Shown in pieces: positions 23,322 to 36,287 of a stretch of DNA of 64,000 bases. A model generated the notes under the pieces. That model worked only from the letters and a program-made list of their open reading frames with translations. It made no database searches and was not told where the DNA came from. Position numbers and translations under genes: made by a program. How positions within the stretch are numbered: position 1 is the stretch's first letter; each line of letters opens with the position of its first letter. The DNA comes from Coniocarpon cinnabarinum. Taxonomy: Eukaryota. Where the stretch lies: the NCBI GenBank assembly GCA_051942205.1, contig JAVECO010000105.1, positions 1 through 64,000 of the forward strand, read 5' to 3'.

Positions 23322-24860
23322 TCAGCCCATCCAAGGTTTCCTTGGAACGCCGCCGTCATCATATCTCTTTCCCGGAATCTCAAACATCAACGGCACTTTT
23401 CCCTCCAGTCCCTTCAGCTCGACTACCCCGTGCTCCCCATCTTTTCCACTCTCTTTTGCTGTCGCGGAATCTTGCCCTTTGTTCTCTACATCGTCCAGTC
23501 TTATCAAAACACCACACTCCCAATTCGCAGCCGTTAATTTCCCTTCCGCCCCTTTCCGCTTCCCTTGCACCCACTTCCCCCAAGCCGCTTGACTCGCATT
23601 CGCACTTCCTACATATACGAACGCGTGGTTCTTCGTCCTCACGAGCGCCATTTTGGCATGACTCAATAGCCCCGACCGGGTTGATCGCGCGTCTCTGAAG
23701 CGATCGAGGAAATTTTCGGAGTGCATGAAGTTCTTGTCGGTTTGGGGAGCGAAGAAGAGCGTTCCTGCGCTGTCGGAGCCGCCCATTGAGGAATTGACAG
23801 TCTCATGAGAAGGAAAATGGACACGGATGTTATCTGGAGGGGCAGGCGATGGCGTAGTGCTGGGATCAACGCCGCGGAAGGCATTGTAGAGATCTGCAAA
23901 GATGCGCGAGTCGATCTTCCCAATGGAGCCGGCGGCGTAATCAATTTGAATCGCCTCATTCGATTGAGTCGCAAGACCAAGCTGCCGCACAGCGCCCGCG
24001 AGTTGCGGAAACCCCGTCTTCAAAGCTTCAGACTCCGTGTGCGCACCCGCAACCGTATTCACAAACGCCAAATGCGCCGTCTGGCTGAAGTCAAACTTCA
24101 GCACACTATCCCGTACACTCTGATCCACCGTTTGCGCTTGGAGATACTCAATCAAATCCAACGCAAAAGGCGTAAGTGTGTCATTCTGGTTGCCTTGTCG
24201 CTCTTCAGGAAGTCGCGGAAGATCAATGAGAAAAATGACATTCTCCATGAAACCCGTCTCGCCCCAGTCATAGTCCATCATGTTAGCACTTGGGACGACA
24301 ATTCGAAGTTTCGTGGGATGAGACAAAAGCATCAGTTTCGAGTGCATCACACCGCCTGGTCCAGGGGAAAGAGGGGGGAAACAGAGGCGGATCCTTGAAG
24401 ACATTTCGGCGGCTTCGCGGCGCCAAGTTGCTTGATCGGTGGCGTGCTTGGAATGCATTATTAAGTACAGCTTTGCGCTACTGGGCGGAAGGATGGAGAA
24501 GAGGTAGCGAGTGTCTAGTTGCCATGTGGAGATGACGGCGATTGAGACAGACTCAGGTTCAAGAACTTCGGAGAGGGTGATGTCGCTGCCGTCTCGATCA
24601 TGGTTGGAGGAGACAGTGCGTTTAATGGCGCCAGTGGGGTATTTGATGGTCGTCAAACCTGTTTTTGGAGCGGGCGTTTGTCTGGTCGCCGCTGACTTGG
24701 GAGGTGTGACGGGGCGGGTTTCTGGTTTCGCTGGAGCAGGTGATGTTCTACGAATCTTGACCGGCGGCTCAGCTGGAATTGATACTTCTTCTGCTCCTCG
24801 CTTTTTGGCGATGCGAGCTAGCCGCTCGGCTTCCATTTGCTTGCGATCGAGTCCTTGCAT
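23322..24860 (-). CDS. tdp1: Tyrosyl-DNA phosphodiesterase 1 family (PLD superfamily)
   Basis: Two HxK motifs, MHSKLMLL..LRIVVPSAN and SHAK..VYVGSANASQAAWG, plus NWECGV. N-terminal DRKQMEAERLAR. Start uncertain. Confidence 0.88.
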   Translation of the reverse strand: MQGLDRKQMEAERLARIAKKRGAEEVSIPAEPPVKIRRTSPAPAKPETRPVTPPKSAATRQTPAPKTGLTTIKYPTGAIKRTVSSNHDRDGSDITLSEVLEPESVSIAVISTWQLDTRYLFSILPPSSAKLYLIMHSKHATDQATWRREAAEMSSRIRLCFPPLSPGPGGVMHSKLMLLSHPTKLRIVVPSANMMDYDWGETGFMENVIFLIDLPRLPEERQGNQNDTLTPFALDLIEYLQAQTVDQSVRDSVLKFDFSQTAHLAFVNTVAGAHTESEALKTGFPQLAGAVRQLGLATQSNEAIQIDYAAGSIGKIDSRIFADLYNAFRGVDPSTTPSPAPPDNIRVHFPSHETVNSSMGGSDSAGTLFFAPQTDKNFMHSENFLDRFRDARSTRSGLLSHAKMALVRTKNHAFVYVGSANASQAAWGKWVQGKRKGAEGKLTAANWECGVLIRLDDVENKGQDSATAKESGKDGEHGVVELKGLEGKVPLMFEIPGKRYDDGGVPRKPWMG

Positions 24861-25661
24861 CCTTGCTCTATTGCATGTAGAACGTGTTTGACTAGATAGT
24901 GATGAGTGGAATGTTACTATTTTCGGGAAGCGAGTAAGGCTGGAAATTCGCCCGCAATTCCCACTCAACGATAGGTGCTCGGGTCTGATCGCTTGCACAG
25001 CGCGTGTCCATGAAAGTTTGGCAATGAAACAGCGCAGGTGGACAGGTACTGGCGGTCGCAATGCGCGAGAGAACGAAGCGTTCATACGACACCGGTAGTG
25101 CAGCGAAGTACTACCACTAGTCTCGCACACGCTTACACTATCACACACACGTTGAAGTTGTCCAGACTACAGAATTGCAGCATAAAGCACGTGCAGTGTG
25201 ATGCTGCTGGCTGACAGCAATTCACGCGCTAAGACCGCGAGATCACGTGCATAGAGTATCGATCTCAAGATTCCCCACCAACCAGACTGATGTCTTCAGA
25301 CTCGCCTATATAGTTGAGACAAAGCGACTATAGCAAAGCTTGACCATCCGCATTGCTGAGGCTCAGAAACTGTGGTGAGTGTGATGTTGAAGGCGAAAGT
25401 CACTCTAGACAACAGTGTCGAGATCTTGGATAGATCTCGGGAGCCAAGCTGCATGCGGCATGGCGCTGAAACGCGATCTGGGTGATGCGGTCATACAATG
25501 AACACGCTCCCATATTCCATCTCATGCTTAAATGTCATCTTACTTGCCACTGTCCTTTGCTATCCCAATCGCTTAACGTGAAAGATACCCCACCTGCTAC
25601 ACTGATCCTAATTAATTGTTGATTTGCTTTGACTGAGAAGCACGCACGATCTACGAAAGTC

Positions 25662-27583
25662 ATGACACAATTAGAGGAAGGGCAGCCACAGAACGGGACT
25701 TCACCACAGGACAGCGCACATGCAGCGAGCTTCGCTGCGAACACGCGGCAGCAGAATGACACACCGTTGAAGAGTTCTGTCAGCTCAGATGGCGCAGACG
25801 CGTCGAGCAGCTCCCAAGATGGAAGCTTGCTCAAAGACAATGCAAACGATGCCAAGAGTGGAGCAGAGCGTGGTAGCGACCGACGGAAACACATTGTGAT
25901 AGTAGGTGCTGGCGCAGCAGGCATGGTATGTCATTTCCATCTACCACTTCACGCAATTCCACTGACAGACCTTTGCAGTCTTGCGCTGCCACGCTAGCCA
26001 ACCATCCAGACAAATTCAAAGTCACCATAGTCGATCGCGCCAGTGTATGCGGAGGGCAAGCCACATCAATTGGCATTGACAAAGAGAAATACGGCACTAG
26101 CTGGGTAAATGATGGAGTGCAAGGTGGATCGCCTGCATTCAAGCACACACATAATTTCTTTAAAAAGTACGGCCATGACTGGCATGAGGTCAAGCTGCAG
26201 GTTGCTTTCGGGCGGGGAAAGAATTCATTCTGGACCAATGTGTTCCCTAGTCAGCTCGTGGACCAATTTCAAGGCGACATCAAGAAATTTGGCAAGGTGC
26301 TCAACCTCATCAAGTACACCATGCCTGTGCTTGGACTGGTACCTATCCGGATCATGTTGCGGATGTTCTTCTTTAGTAAGGACTTTGGCGACAAGATGGT
26401 CTATCCGCTCATCGCTCTCTTCCTTGGCACCGGCAATCAAACCGCCAACGTCGCTTGCGCGATCCTGGAGCGATTATTCCACGACCCCAACATGAAGCTA
26501 TGGGATTACGATGCAGACACTCTCCTCCCTAATCTCCCCACCATGTGCACCTTTCCCAAGATGCACGACTTCTACGCCGACTGGAAACAGGACCTTGAAT
26601 CCAAGGGCGTCGACATCCGCCTCAACACCTCCGTCAACCGAGTTGTCTCCCGCACAAACAAGGGCGTTGTCCTTGAAACCCAGCCCTTCGACCCCAACCT
26701 CAACAGCCACGCTAAGGAATTCGCCCCACAAATCATCCACGAGCCCCACGGCGACTACACCGGCCCCTCCGCGTTGACCGAAACCTTCGACGAAATGGTC
26801 ATGTGCACCCTTGCTGATGACGCGAAACGACTGCTCGGTGCGACCGCCACCTGGAAAGAAAAGTTCGTCCTTGGCGGCGCCAAGTTCTTTGACGATATAA
26901 CTGTGACGCACAGCGACTCTGAGTACTTTTCGAAGATCTACGAGACCCACTATTCCGACGAATTAGCGGCGGAGCCCAAGAGCCAGGCGCAGAAGGATCA
27001 ACTCGCATTTGCCAAGGGCGAGATCGAGGCCAATGCAGATGGTGAGCCCAGTGGGTACAGGCCCATGTACATGACGCACAGTTACGAGCAGGACATGAAG
27101 AGCATTGAAATGAGCTTCGATTGCACCAACTACCAGCATCAGTTCCGGATGAACGACGATGGAACGGCACCTGCTGATAGCTCTCGCGGCGATCCAGGCA
27201 AATCGTCAGTACCCTACGAGAACCACGTCTTCCAGTCCATCTTTCTCAACAAGGAGAAGAGCGATCTTTGGACGATGAACCAGATCGACCCAGACAAGGT
27301 CATTGAGAGTAAGTGGTGGCATCAGTTGGGACACCGATGGCAGCACTACGTGCGCGTGGTGCCAGGCATGATGTTCCTTAATGGCAAGAACAAGACGTGG
27401 TTTGCGGGCAGCTGGACTGTCGTGAACATGCATGAATTGGCGTGCGTGAGTGGAATTGCGGCCGCGTACCGATTAGGTGCTGATTACGAGGTGTTTGACG
27501 ACTTCGCGGAACAGTTCTTCAGCAATTATCTGTTGTTGAGTCATGGGGTAAGGTATAAGGGAGGCAAGCGCAAGGGACAGTAG
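25662..27583 (+). CDS. FAD/NAD(P)-binding oxidoreductase (flavin amine-oxidoreductase-like)
   Basis: IVIVGAGAAGM|SCA dinucleotide motif split by intron 25926-25978; CGGQA; C-terminal WFAGSW..HELACVSG. Confidence 0.85.
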
Positions 27584-29129
27584 GGTACGGTTTGGGGTGA
27601 ATAGAGGATTGAGAAAGACGACGCCGGGTCTTGTTGGGTGTGTGTTTTTCTAGAGCTTTCTGCGTGACATTGGGCTTTTTTAAAACTTTGCAGAAGCCTT
27701 TGGTTTGCGTTAAAGCCGATGGCGTTCATGTACATGGCCTTGAAGCGATATATTCTGCAAGACAGACAAGCTTTCAACAGACATCGAGTTGCAGTATCGC
27801 TACATTAGACATATACGCCCTAACGTAGGCAAAGATTGACGAGCAGGAGAATTGGCTCCTGTAATGGAGTATGCTCGGGAAGGGGAGACTTTTGGTTTTA
27901 CGTGAGTGACAGCTCATAAAATTTGGCCATGTGGCACATAGATGAGACTTTACAGCGTAGATATGCGGCGAATGATCACGTGAGGGCCCCTGGTGGGAGC
28001 GCCAAGCATGCTTTGTCAGAAGTTGCTTCTTTCAGAAACACAATATACAGCTTACGCCCAATCGCGGGACATCGCATCGAATTCAATCCGACGTGAGTGT
28101 AGCGACGCATTTCCAGAGACATTGCGAATAAAAAGCGCATGTAAATCCGTGTTTGTAGTATCACGACATGGACTTCTCAACTCTGGAACTTTACAGCGAC
28201 AATAACCCTCAAAGCCCGTCTGCGAACGACAAAGAACCACACTTTCTTGATGATCTTTGCACATTTTTTGTTCCTCTGAGGATCGCTCTACCACCTGGCG
28301 TGGTCTTCACCGTAGATGTGTTATGGAAAGATGTCGAGCCTCCAGTGACGCGGTGCTTGTTTCACGCAGAGCAGCCACTGCAATGACGCTTGACAATGCA
28401 AGAACACTTGCGCACTAAAGAATCACAGCGTGAGTGTAAGGGGTGTCGTTGAAAGCTGCGCAGATGACGGAAAAGTGGATTAAGTGACACCCGGGTGTTG
28501 GTGAGGTAAGTGAGGAGATCGTGGCTGTGGAGCGCTGCAGGATGCTATTTTCTGCGAAGGTACTCGGAAACATCATAGCCACACTTTTGAGCTTCAATGG
28601 CAACCGAGAATGCACCCATACATGTGCTTAGGTAAGCAGTCCAAGGAATGATGAGCTACTTGATGCTATGTGCAGAGAAGATCAGTACTCAGACGTAACC
28701 CCGCTCATCAGAAGCTCGCCTCTTGCAAAGCGCTCCAATCAATGCACAGCGCTCATGCAGGTTACCTTTGAAATGAATGATTCCTGAAGCAGGCGTCTCC
28801 ATATGTGACAATTGCGTCGGGTTGACATGGGGCTGTTGGCATTGTGACATTGGGGTCTGCAGCTAGAGGTGCATTCTAACACGCTAAGCGATTCTCAGAA
28901 CTGCATGCAGGAAGTGATGAAACTGCGGATGTAGCCTCGATTTGCCACAGCCTGAAATAGCAAATCTTCGCCATCTCATTACTCCAGAGAATGCCCAATA
29001 GCTGCTACTCAAGATGATTTTCCTCAGCGTTAGCAGAGCAAAAGAAGCCTTCAGACAGATTCATTGGGCATACTGGCACACTCTGCTTCACATCGTACCG
29101 ACGTCCAGTTTGCAACTAGCCTACTGCAT

Positions 29130-30590
29130 ATGAAAGAACGAGACCACATCAAGGACTTGTTGGAACAAGTGCAAAGCGCCGGCCGAGAATATCATGAGAG
29201 CATACCAGGTAGCCGCTCTAGGCTTTTGAGGCTCCTTGCAAGAACACGTCGAGAAATTGAAGGCTCTGCAGCGTATTTATGGAGAGTCAGAATGGAGGTC
29301 AATTATTCTCGCAACAGCGTCAATCTGAAGTGTGCTCGATGAAGCTAATCTCCAACAGCCCCTGCATCCTATGTGCCACCTAATAGCTGTTGAGACAGGC
29401 CTTCTACACGCTATTGTAGATGCCAAAAGACGGATGATCACAGCGCAACATATTTCGATCATTGTCAAGCAGGCAGAAAGCTTGATGAGTGCGAAACCCC
29501 TTCACCTGGGGTTGCCACGAAGCTAACCGTAACAGTCCGCGTCATGAGGATGTTGACAGTGCATGGCGTTTGTGGGGAGATAGCACCGGCGACATATGTT
29601 TTGAATGCAGTCGCTGAGCTGCTCGATACTCCTGCACAAGAGGGCGCGACGCGCAATCTGTGTGTTGATGCCGAGACCCTGGCCTTCGCTGGCTCACACT
29701 TGAGTCTAGAGACACTGATAGACTTACAGAGTTGACCTAATGTTTCCAATTGGAGGCAATCTTGTGCGACAACTTCGCGGTCCTGGCGGGCTCAGCCAGT
29801 TCCCGGATGGCCCGGAGAATGTGACACCTTTCAGAGCGACTTACGGACCAATGTCGATGTTCGAGTACTTTGAGCAGGACCTAGAGCACAAAAGTGCTTT
29901 TGACTCGTACATGGCTGGAAGGGCATCCTGGGGAAGACGACAATGGTTTGACATTGTTGACATTGAGCAAGGTGTGATGCTCGGTTGCAGAAAGGATCGG
30001 GACGCGGTATTTGCGGTGCATGTGGGTGGCGGAAAAGGACTTGATCTCACCAATTTCCGCAACCGATATCCCGACTGTCCTGGGCGTTGCATCTTGCAGG
30101 AGCTGCCCAAGACTTTGGAGAGTGTGCAGCCTGTGCCTGAAAGTGTTGAGCTCATGCCTCACGACTTCTTCACGGCGCAGCCTATTCAGGGTAGGTGCAG
30201 AATTTGGTTGCGATGTCTGCAGGATGCATTGTCTGACAGTCACGGTTCAGGCGCCTGTCTCAATCTCCTCAATGCCATGTTATACGACTGGAGTGAAGGA
30301 CGTTGCCGAAAGATCCTCCACAGGACTGCACAGGCCATGGAACCGGGCTACTCGAGGCTGTTTATTCAAGAGATGATTTCGAAAGAGATGGGCGAAAGCT
30401 TTCGCGGCGCTGCGCTGGACATACTCATGTTCATGGTGCCGGAGGAGCAGAGTGGCCATTGTCTGCATACGAGAAACTCCTAGCTTCAGCTGGTCTCAAA
30501 GTGGTCAAGCTGTGGTCGGGGTCCGAGGGCGGTGAGTCGATCGTTGAAGCCGAGCTGACCGATCGTACAGAGGTTGACCCCGCAATGTAA
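29130..30590 (+). pseudogene. Fungal SAM-dependent O-methyltransferase (Methyltransf_2 type), frameshifted
   Basis: Four GT-AG introns; motifs VHVGGGKG, LQELP, HDFF..QP and LYDW. The C-terminal GGAEW..LLASAGLKVVK..ESIVEAEL lies in a different frame from about 30440. Confidence 0.8.
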
Positions 30591-31055
30591 CGGCGCAGTC
30601 ATGTTTTCTCTGACATTGCGTCGTCGAAATTCAAAATAATGCAGACGGAGCAATACAGCCGGAGAAATAGCAAGAACAGAGTCCGCAAAATCATAGATGA
30701 CGAATCATTTACGCATGGCTACATACATCAACACTCGATCACAAGGACTCTGGACATGTCACCGACGAGTGCACCTGTCAAGGAAAGCCCGAATGTGTGC
30801 GCGAGCTTCGACCTCCTTGAGAGATAGGCTAAATGAAGCTAACATCGCTGACTAGGGAGAAGAGTATTCTATGAATGAGTCGGCGCGTTACTGGTGTCAC
30901 TAAATATGACTCAAGTCATTGCTCTCTCCATGGATGGGCAATCCAGCTTGTGAGCACCCGGCATCGGTCAAACCAGCCGGTGTGAAACAGCGACGTGCTA
31001 CGAATTAACCCTCAAGTTCAAGCTCCCCGGCATCTTCTGGTCCTCTCCACACTTC

Positions 31056-32000
31056 TCAAACACCCTTGCGCTGCAGGAATCCCAAGATTGCCTCAGCAAT
31101 TTGGACAAGGTTCGTCTCCAACGCAAAATGCCCCGCATCGATCAACTGCACCTGAGCATTGGGCACATCCCTTTTGAACGCCTCAGCACCTGGTGGAATG
31201 AATATCAGATCGTTCCTTCCCCAAATAGCAAGAAGCGGCGGCTGTCTCTCTTTGAGATATGCTTGCCATTGTGCGTACATGCCAAAATTTGTTTTGTAAT
31301 CGCGGAACAGTGCCAATTGAATGTCCTCGTTGCCCTCGCGCTGAAGCAAAGTCGTGTCCAGTGTATACGACACCGGGTCAATGGCGCTCGGATCCTGAGC
31401 ACCAGTAACGTACTGGAAACGTACACCGGCTGCCGTGTTGAGTCCGCGTGCCGTGAACTCGGCCAACGCGTCGCTGGCATTGTTGAAGTAGTTGGAGAGT
31501 GGAGCGAATCCTGGGCCGATGCCTTCGTCGTAAGCGTTCCCATTTTGCGAAATGATAGCTGTGATGCTATCTGGATTCTTCAAGGCCAGACGGAAGCCCA
31601 CAGGCGCGCCATAGTCGAAAACGTAAATGGACATCTTCTTGACATTGAGATGGTTCAGCCATTGCGAAATTGTCCCCGCAATGTTGTCGAAGGTGTAACT
31701 GTAGTTGCGTGATGCTGGGACGTCAGTGAACCCGAAGCCGGGGTAGTCAGGAGCTAAGACATGGTATTTGGGAGAAAGCAACGGGATGAGGTCACGGTAT
31801 TGGTGTGATGAGGAAGGATAGCCATGCAGCAAGAGGATGGTGGGGTTGGCTGGCTCGCCAGCTTCACGCCAGAAGAGGTTGACCCCATCAATCGACGCGT
31901 TGTGAACAGTGAAAGGGTCTTGGGGCATATTTGTAACCCGAGCAGCAGTTAAGATGTTGAGGTAGGAAACAATGAAGCAAAGGACAGAGAAGAGCTGCAT
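31056..32000 (-). CDS. Alpha/beta hydrolase of the epoxide hydrolase/dehalogenase type, with predicted signal peptide; intronless
   Basis: LLHGYP oxyanion motif, APDYPGFG, Asp nucleophile in VFDYGA, SQNGN, WGRND and DAGHFALE. Hydrophobic N-terminus MQLFSVLCFIVSYLNILTAA. Confidence 0.9.
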   Translation of the reverse strand: MQLFSVLCFIVSYLNILTAARVTNMPQDPFTVHNASIDGVNLFWREAGEPANPTILLLHGYPSSSHQYRDLIPLLSPKYHVLAPDYPGFGFTDVPASRNYSYTFDNIAGTISQWLNHLNVKKMSIYVFDYGAPVGFRLALKNPDSITAIISQNGNAYDEGIGPGFAPLSNYFNNASDALAEFTARGLNTAAGVRFQYVTGAQDPSAIDPVSYTLDTTLLQREGNEDIQLALFRDYKTNFGMYAQWQAYLKERQPPLLAIWGRNDLIFIPPGAEAFKRDVPNAQVQLIDAGHFALETNLVQIAEAILGFLQRKGV

Positions 32001-32956
32001 AGCTTAACCTTGCTCTGGTCATGGACAGACAGAGAGGCTATTAAATATTCTCATGGCTCTAGTCTCGCTGCATTCAGCGTACCACCTTCAGTCAGATCTA
32101 ATACTGATTCTTCGACGGAAGCGAGGGACCATCATAGTTCCCATGGAGTTCTAACGATTCTTCTGCACGCTTGGATGGAAAGAGTTGTCGGTGAGATCCT
32201 TCTAAGATGTCAACTATGTTAAGGCTCGCTTAGCTCGGCAAACTCGCCGACAAATCCCTGCCTGCTTGATGCCTGAGAATAGAGGCATGAATACCAAGCT
32301 ACTTCTCTGCTTCACGGGCGCCCATGATACTTCCTTCTAGCTATCGACGAAGCTTCTGACGTAGCTGTGTGCAGCGGCGAAAGACTATTTACAGTTGGAT
32401 TTTTCCAGGCCCTTCACGATTGGTCCCGACCAAAGGTTGTGCAGACAGCCAAGTTTGTGAATTTTCAGCCTCCTCTTTGCTACCTCAAGGTGGCTTCTGA
32501 AGATAAGAATCATTTGACCTGTGGATTTGGAAGGCGCAACGGCTGTGCAAGGCCTTTCTTGCGGCTGTGTGCGTCTATATTGATTGAAAATAGCCAATCT
32601 TTTCATTTCGTCCTCAATCGTTCATTGCCCCGCGTGGGCTAGAACCTTCTATGGCAGGCTACAGACCTGAGCCTTGATACGCAGTGTAACAGTTGTGCCA
32701 CCTAACGTTTCATGTGATAGAGGTTCTCCTCTGCTCTCAGCTTATCATTTGAATAGACTGAAAGATCCGAAGCTGGCTTCAAAGCTTTTTGTGAGGCAGA
32801 CTGTGTTCGAGCTGGGCACTTCTTTCTCTTCGCGGCCACGGCTTTGAACTGTAACCTGTCTATTTCTTTCAGTGCATTAAGCAAGTTGACTTGATAGCTG
32901 TCCCCTCCATAATCATACGCAGCATTGTCATATTTCATATTCCGCTACCGGCACCA

Positions 32957-34118
32957 ATGTCAGACCCGCTTTCAATCACAGCCAGTGTGATTACGTTAAT
33001 CGCAGCCACAAAAGTTGCTGTCGCTGCTGCTACCGCCCTGCTTCAGAGCGGCACCGAACATTCTCTCCTCGTAGAGGATCTCGCTACACTGGAACATTAC
33101 GTGGAGAATGTAAAGAAGCACTGTGATCTACTTGCAGACCCCAAAGTCACCACGCAAAATCTTGAGGACGCTGAGCGGGTAACTAAGAGGGTTCATCAAC
33201 ATATCGTCAATTTTATAGCACCTTGTTACAACATGCGACGCACACCTAATTCTGGAGCTCGTATCTTATACTTCCGACGTATCCGCAAACACCGCTTGGA
33301 GATTGCGAAGTGTCAACAAAAGCTTCTGGAAGCCATGACCGTTATGACACTGTATGGCACTCAGGAAACAGTACAAACTGAATGCTGACTGTGCCAGGGA
33401 ATCACAAGCAGAGACAAAAAAAGCTACTAAACCCATGTTTGATAGCGCTGTCGAGATAAGAAGCAAACTTGGGCTTGAATCTATACAATTACAGCACCTA
33501 CACTTGCAAACTATAACATGGCCACAACTGATCAATCTTTTCAAAACAAAGGCAGATATCCCCATCACCAACTCAGTCTATGACTTCAGCGATCTCATAC
33601 GTATTGAGCCATCAAAGCTCGTCGCAAGATTGCTGCTCAAAACCGACTTTGGCAGCGGCATAAGGGCGACCATGACTGGAACAGGCCTGGATTTTCTGTT
33701 GAAGAGTGAGAGGTTTGGAAAATCCGAGGTTACGAACCACGATACAAGAATTGCTATATTGGTCTCAGGGCAGCGGAGAACAGTTAACTTCAAAAACAGG
33801 GACCGCGAAACAATCTTTCTGCACAGGGCATGCGCTGTTATAGACGGTGATTGGCCGCGCCTTGATCCTCCCGAAGACAGTGAAACACTTGTGATGTGTT
33901 CCATTTACGAGGCTGTCTTCCCAATTACGGATGGCTGTTACATTCATGTCCGAGATCTGAAGCGCGCAATGAACATAGTCGAGCTTTTCAAATTGAGACG
34001 TGATCGTCATGAGGACTCAAGCAGTCGCGAGGGCTGTTTTCCTTGGGTTCTCGACCCTGGCCGCTGGCAACTAAACGTAACGTCCAAGCTTTCCATGGCT
34101 CTTTCGAGGGAAGGATGA
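32957..34118 (+). CDS. HeLo-like (Helo_like_N, fungal STAND N-terminal) domain protein with an unknown C-terminal domain, about 371 aa
   Basis: N-terminus MSDPLSITASVITLIAA followed by a helical region. The phase-2 intron 33352-33397 (GTATGG..CTGAC..CAG) joins ORF 32891..33388 in frame to ORF 33354..34118. Confidence 0.75.
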
Positions 34119-34858
34119 GGCGTAAATGAGATTTTCGAGGCCATGGCTATTGAAGGATACCATCTCTACAGCCTATCTTGCTCAGCGTGCACCTATCAGA
34201 CTCCGCGTAGCCGCATCGAATCTGCACACTGAAGCGTGAGAAGAATAGAGTACAATTTAAGAGAAGCAGATTCAAAGAAACGCCAAAACAATGACTGAGC
34301 ACCTCTTGCATGGCTTCCACATAATGACCAACGACGAAGTCGACTAGGTATCATCATACTTTTGAAGGCTACTTTCTACTTAGGCTCAGCTGCCGACTTA
34401 TCAGCTGCTTTTCAGTGCCTGTTAGAGAGATTGCCCGACAGACGTCGGCCTTCCGAGTAATAGGGAGTGTGCTCGGGTCCTGGTATAGCGGCGCTTTAAA
34501 GACTTTACTTCGTTACCAACACGAAGCGCGACTGGGTTATGTAGTCCCATCGATACTGAGAACCTATAAAATGGAATCCAACGAGATCATCTGACGTCAA
34601 TTTCTGCCAGGCCTCAACATGAGCTCGCTGCCACCGGCATCATCAAAATCTACAGCCCATTGCATGCTTGCCCTGTCATGTGTTAGGCCTCAAGGTCCCA
34701 AAGTAATTAAAACATGGTTGACGAGGTGGCAAGAACAGGAGACGCTGATGCAGAAAGCGAATCACTCGCGGAGCAGTCGTCAACAAACATATGCAGAGAC
34801 AGATTTCTCTGATTGGCCACACACGAGGCAAACATGCGCATTACAGTCCATGTCTTGT

Positions 34859-35530
34859 TTAAGTGCCGTCTGCTTCAGCACCAAAGTTCTCATCGTAGAT
34901 GACATACGAATCAAGAGGTGATATCCAAACGACATGAACGCCATTTGGAGAACCTGTGACAAGTGGCGATATGGCTTGCGTGGCTTGCATGGCTTGCATA
35001 GACTCATGTAAGCTGTATGCGATACGCCGTGCTTGTGCAACTCAGCCCAGGGCTAGGTCTTTGCACAACTTGCATGTGGCTCCCGTATTGGGCGAAAGTA
35101 GGCAGAGTCGAACACCGTTTTCTTTCCAAAGCGGTCCTCTTTCAAATACTAGGCTAGATTGAGAAGCCTTTGGTAGCTCGATGAGGTCGTTTCAAAAGGA
35201 CTTCTCCGAGGCAAGTAGATGAAGAAAGAATTGGCTCGTTGCACTACCAGTCGGGAAGTGTCTCGAGCAGACTAAATACTGAATCCATGCGTTCATAGCT
35301 GGGTTGATCACGACTTTGCCTTTCAAGTTAGATAGCACATGATTACGAGACTGGTGCAAGACCTGCAGAGCGAGCCGCATGGCGTCATTACCTTCGTATG
35401 CAACCAAGCGAACCTAAGCTAGATACGTAGCTAGATACGTAGCACGCAGGATCGCCTTGCCTCGGACCCTGTTTTCTACTTCTTTGATAATGATCGTGTA
35501 TGTTGAAACGAATTGAGTATTAAAAGAGGT
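34859..35530 (-). pseudogene. Decayed reading frame between the two HeLo-like genes
   Basis: About 223 codons in one frame with 3 internal stops (TAG 35414, TGA 35192, TGA 35042). Internal 12-nt and 9-nt tandem repeats keep the frame. Confidence 0.35.
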
Positions 35531-36287
35531 CTATTGCACTGAACCGGTGGCAGATACAGTCATGATCCTTCATGCACGTGGTCTACCACAGTGGAGGTCG
35601 TGGTATTGAATGTACTGCACCCACGGCGATGAGGGTCTGATACCTGCCACACCGGCTTCTCAGCAGTGAGGGTCATAGTACCTCATGCGCTGGCTCCACG
35701 ACGGCAAAAATCATGGTACCTATTACACTGCCTTCACGATGAATAAGCACCTCCTACACGAAATGCGACCGATGAGTGGATGGATTGGCTGTGCAATGGA
35801 AGGGGATACGAAAGCCCCTCGTTTGTTGGTCAAGCCATTTAGTGGGCAGCACAGACGCCTTGCGTTGCACACGAGCCATGCACCTACGGCGAGACTGAAA
35901 ATGATTGGGAAGCGGGGCACATTGTTGACACCTGCGTGCAATGACTCTGCATCCTCTGGTTAGCACGGCGCGTTGACCTCAACTTTCGCATTTCTTCGCC
36001 TTCATGTGCTGGACACCTCATTCTGTACCTGCATGACCCATCTCCTCTCGCGATCGCTCTTGCATTCGTGCGTTTGCATTCGCTCAGTGCTCGAAGCGAT
36101 TTCTCTTGTGACTTTAGCTGACTTGAGAACATGGTGACCAACATAAAGGACTCGCAGCCCCAAGAAAGCTGTCCATGCTATTGCTTTAATATCTTTGTCT
36201 TCAAGAAGCTCAGGTCGATCACCTCTACTTACACGAAAACTTCAGAAGGCAGAGATCAGCTCTGCCTGCCAACAACCCTGCTTCACA

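Noticed and set aside
23231..24891. Long plus-strand ORFs antisense to tdp1 (similar cases over fzo1, the hydrolase, ria1 and 58644..59216)
   Set aside because: Antisense shadows of GC-rich coding sequence, with no motifs.
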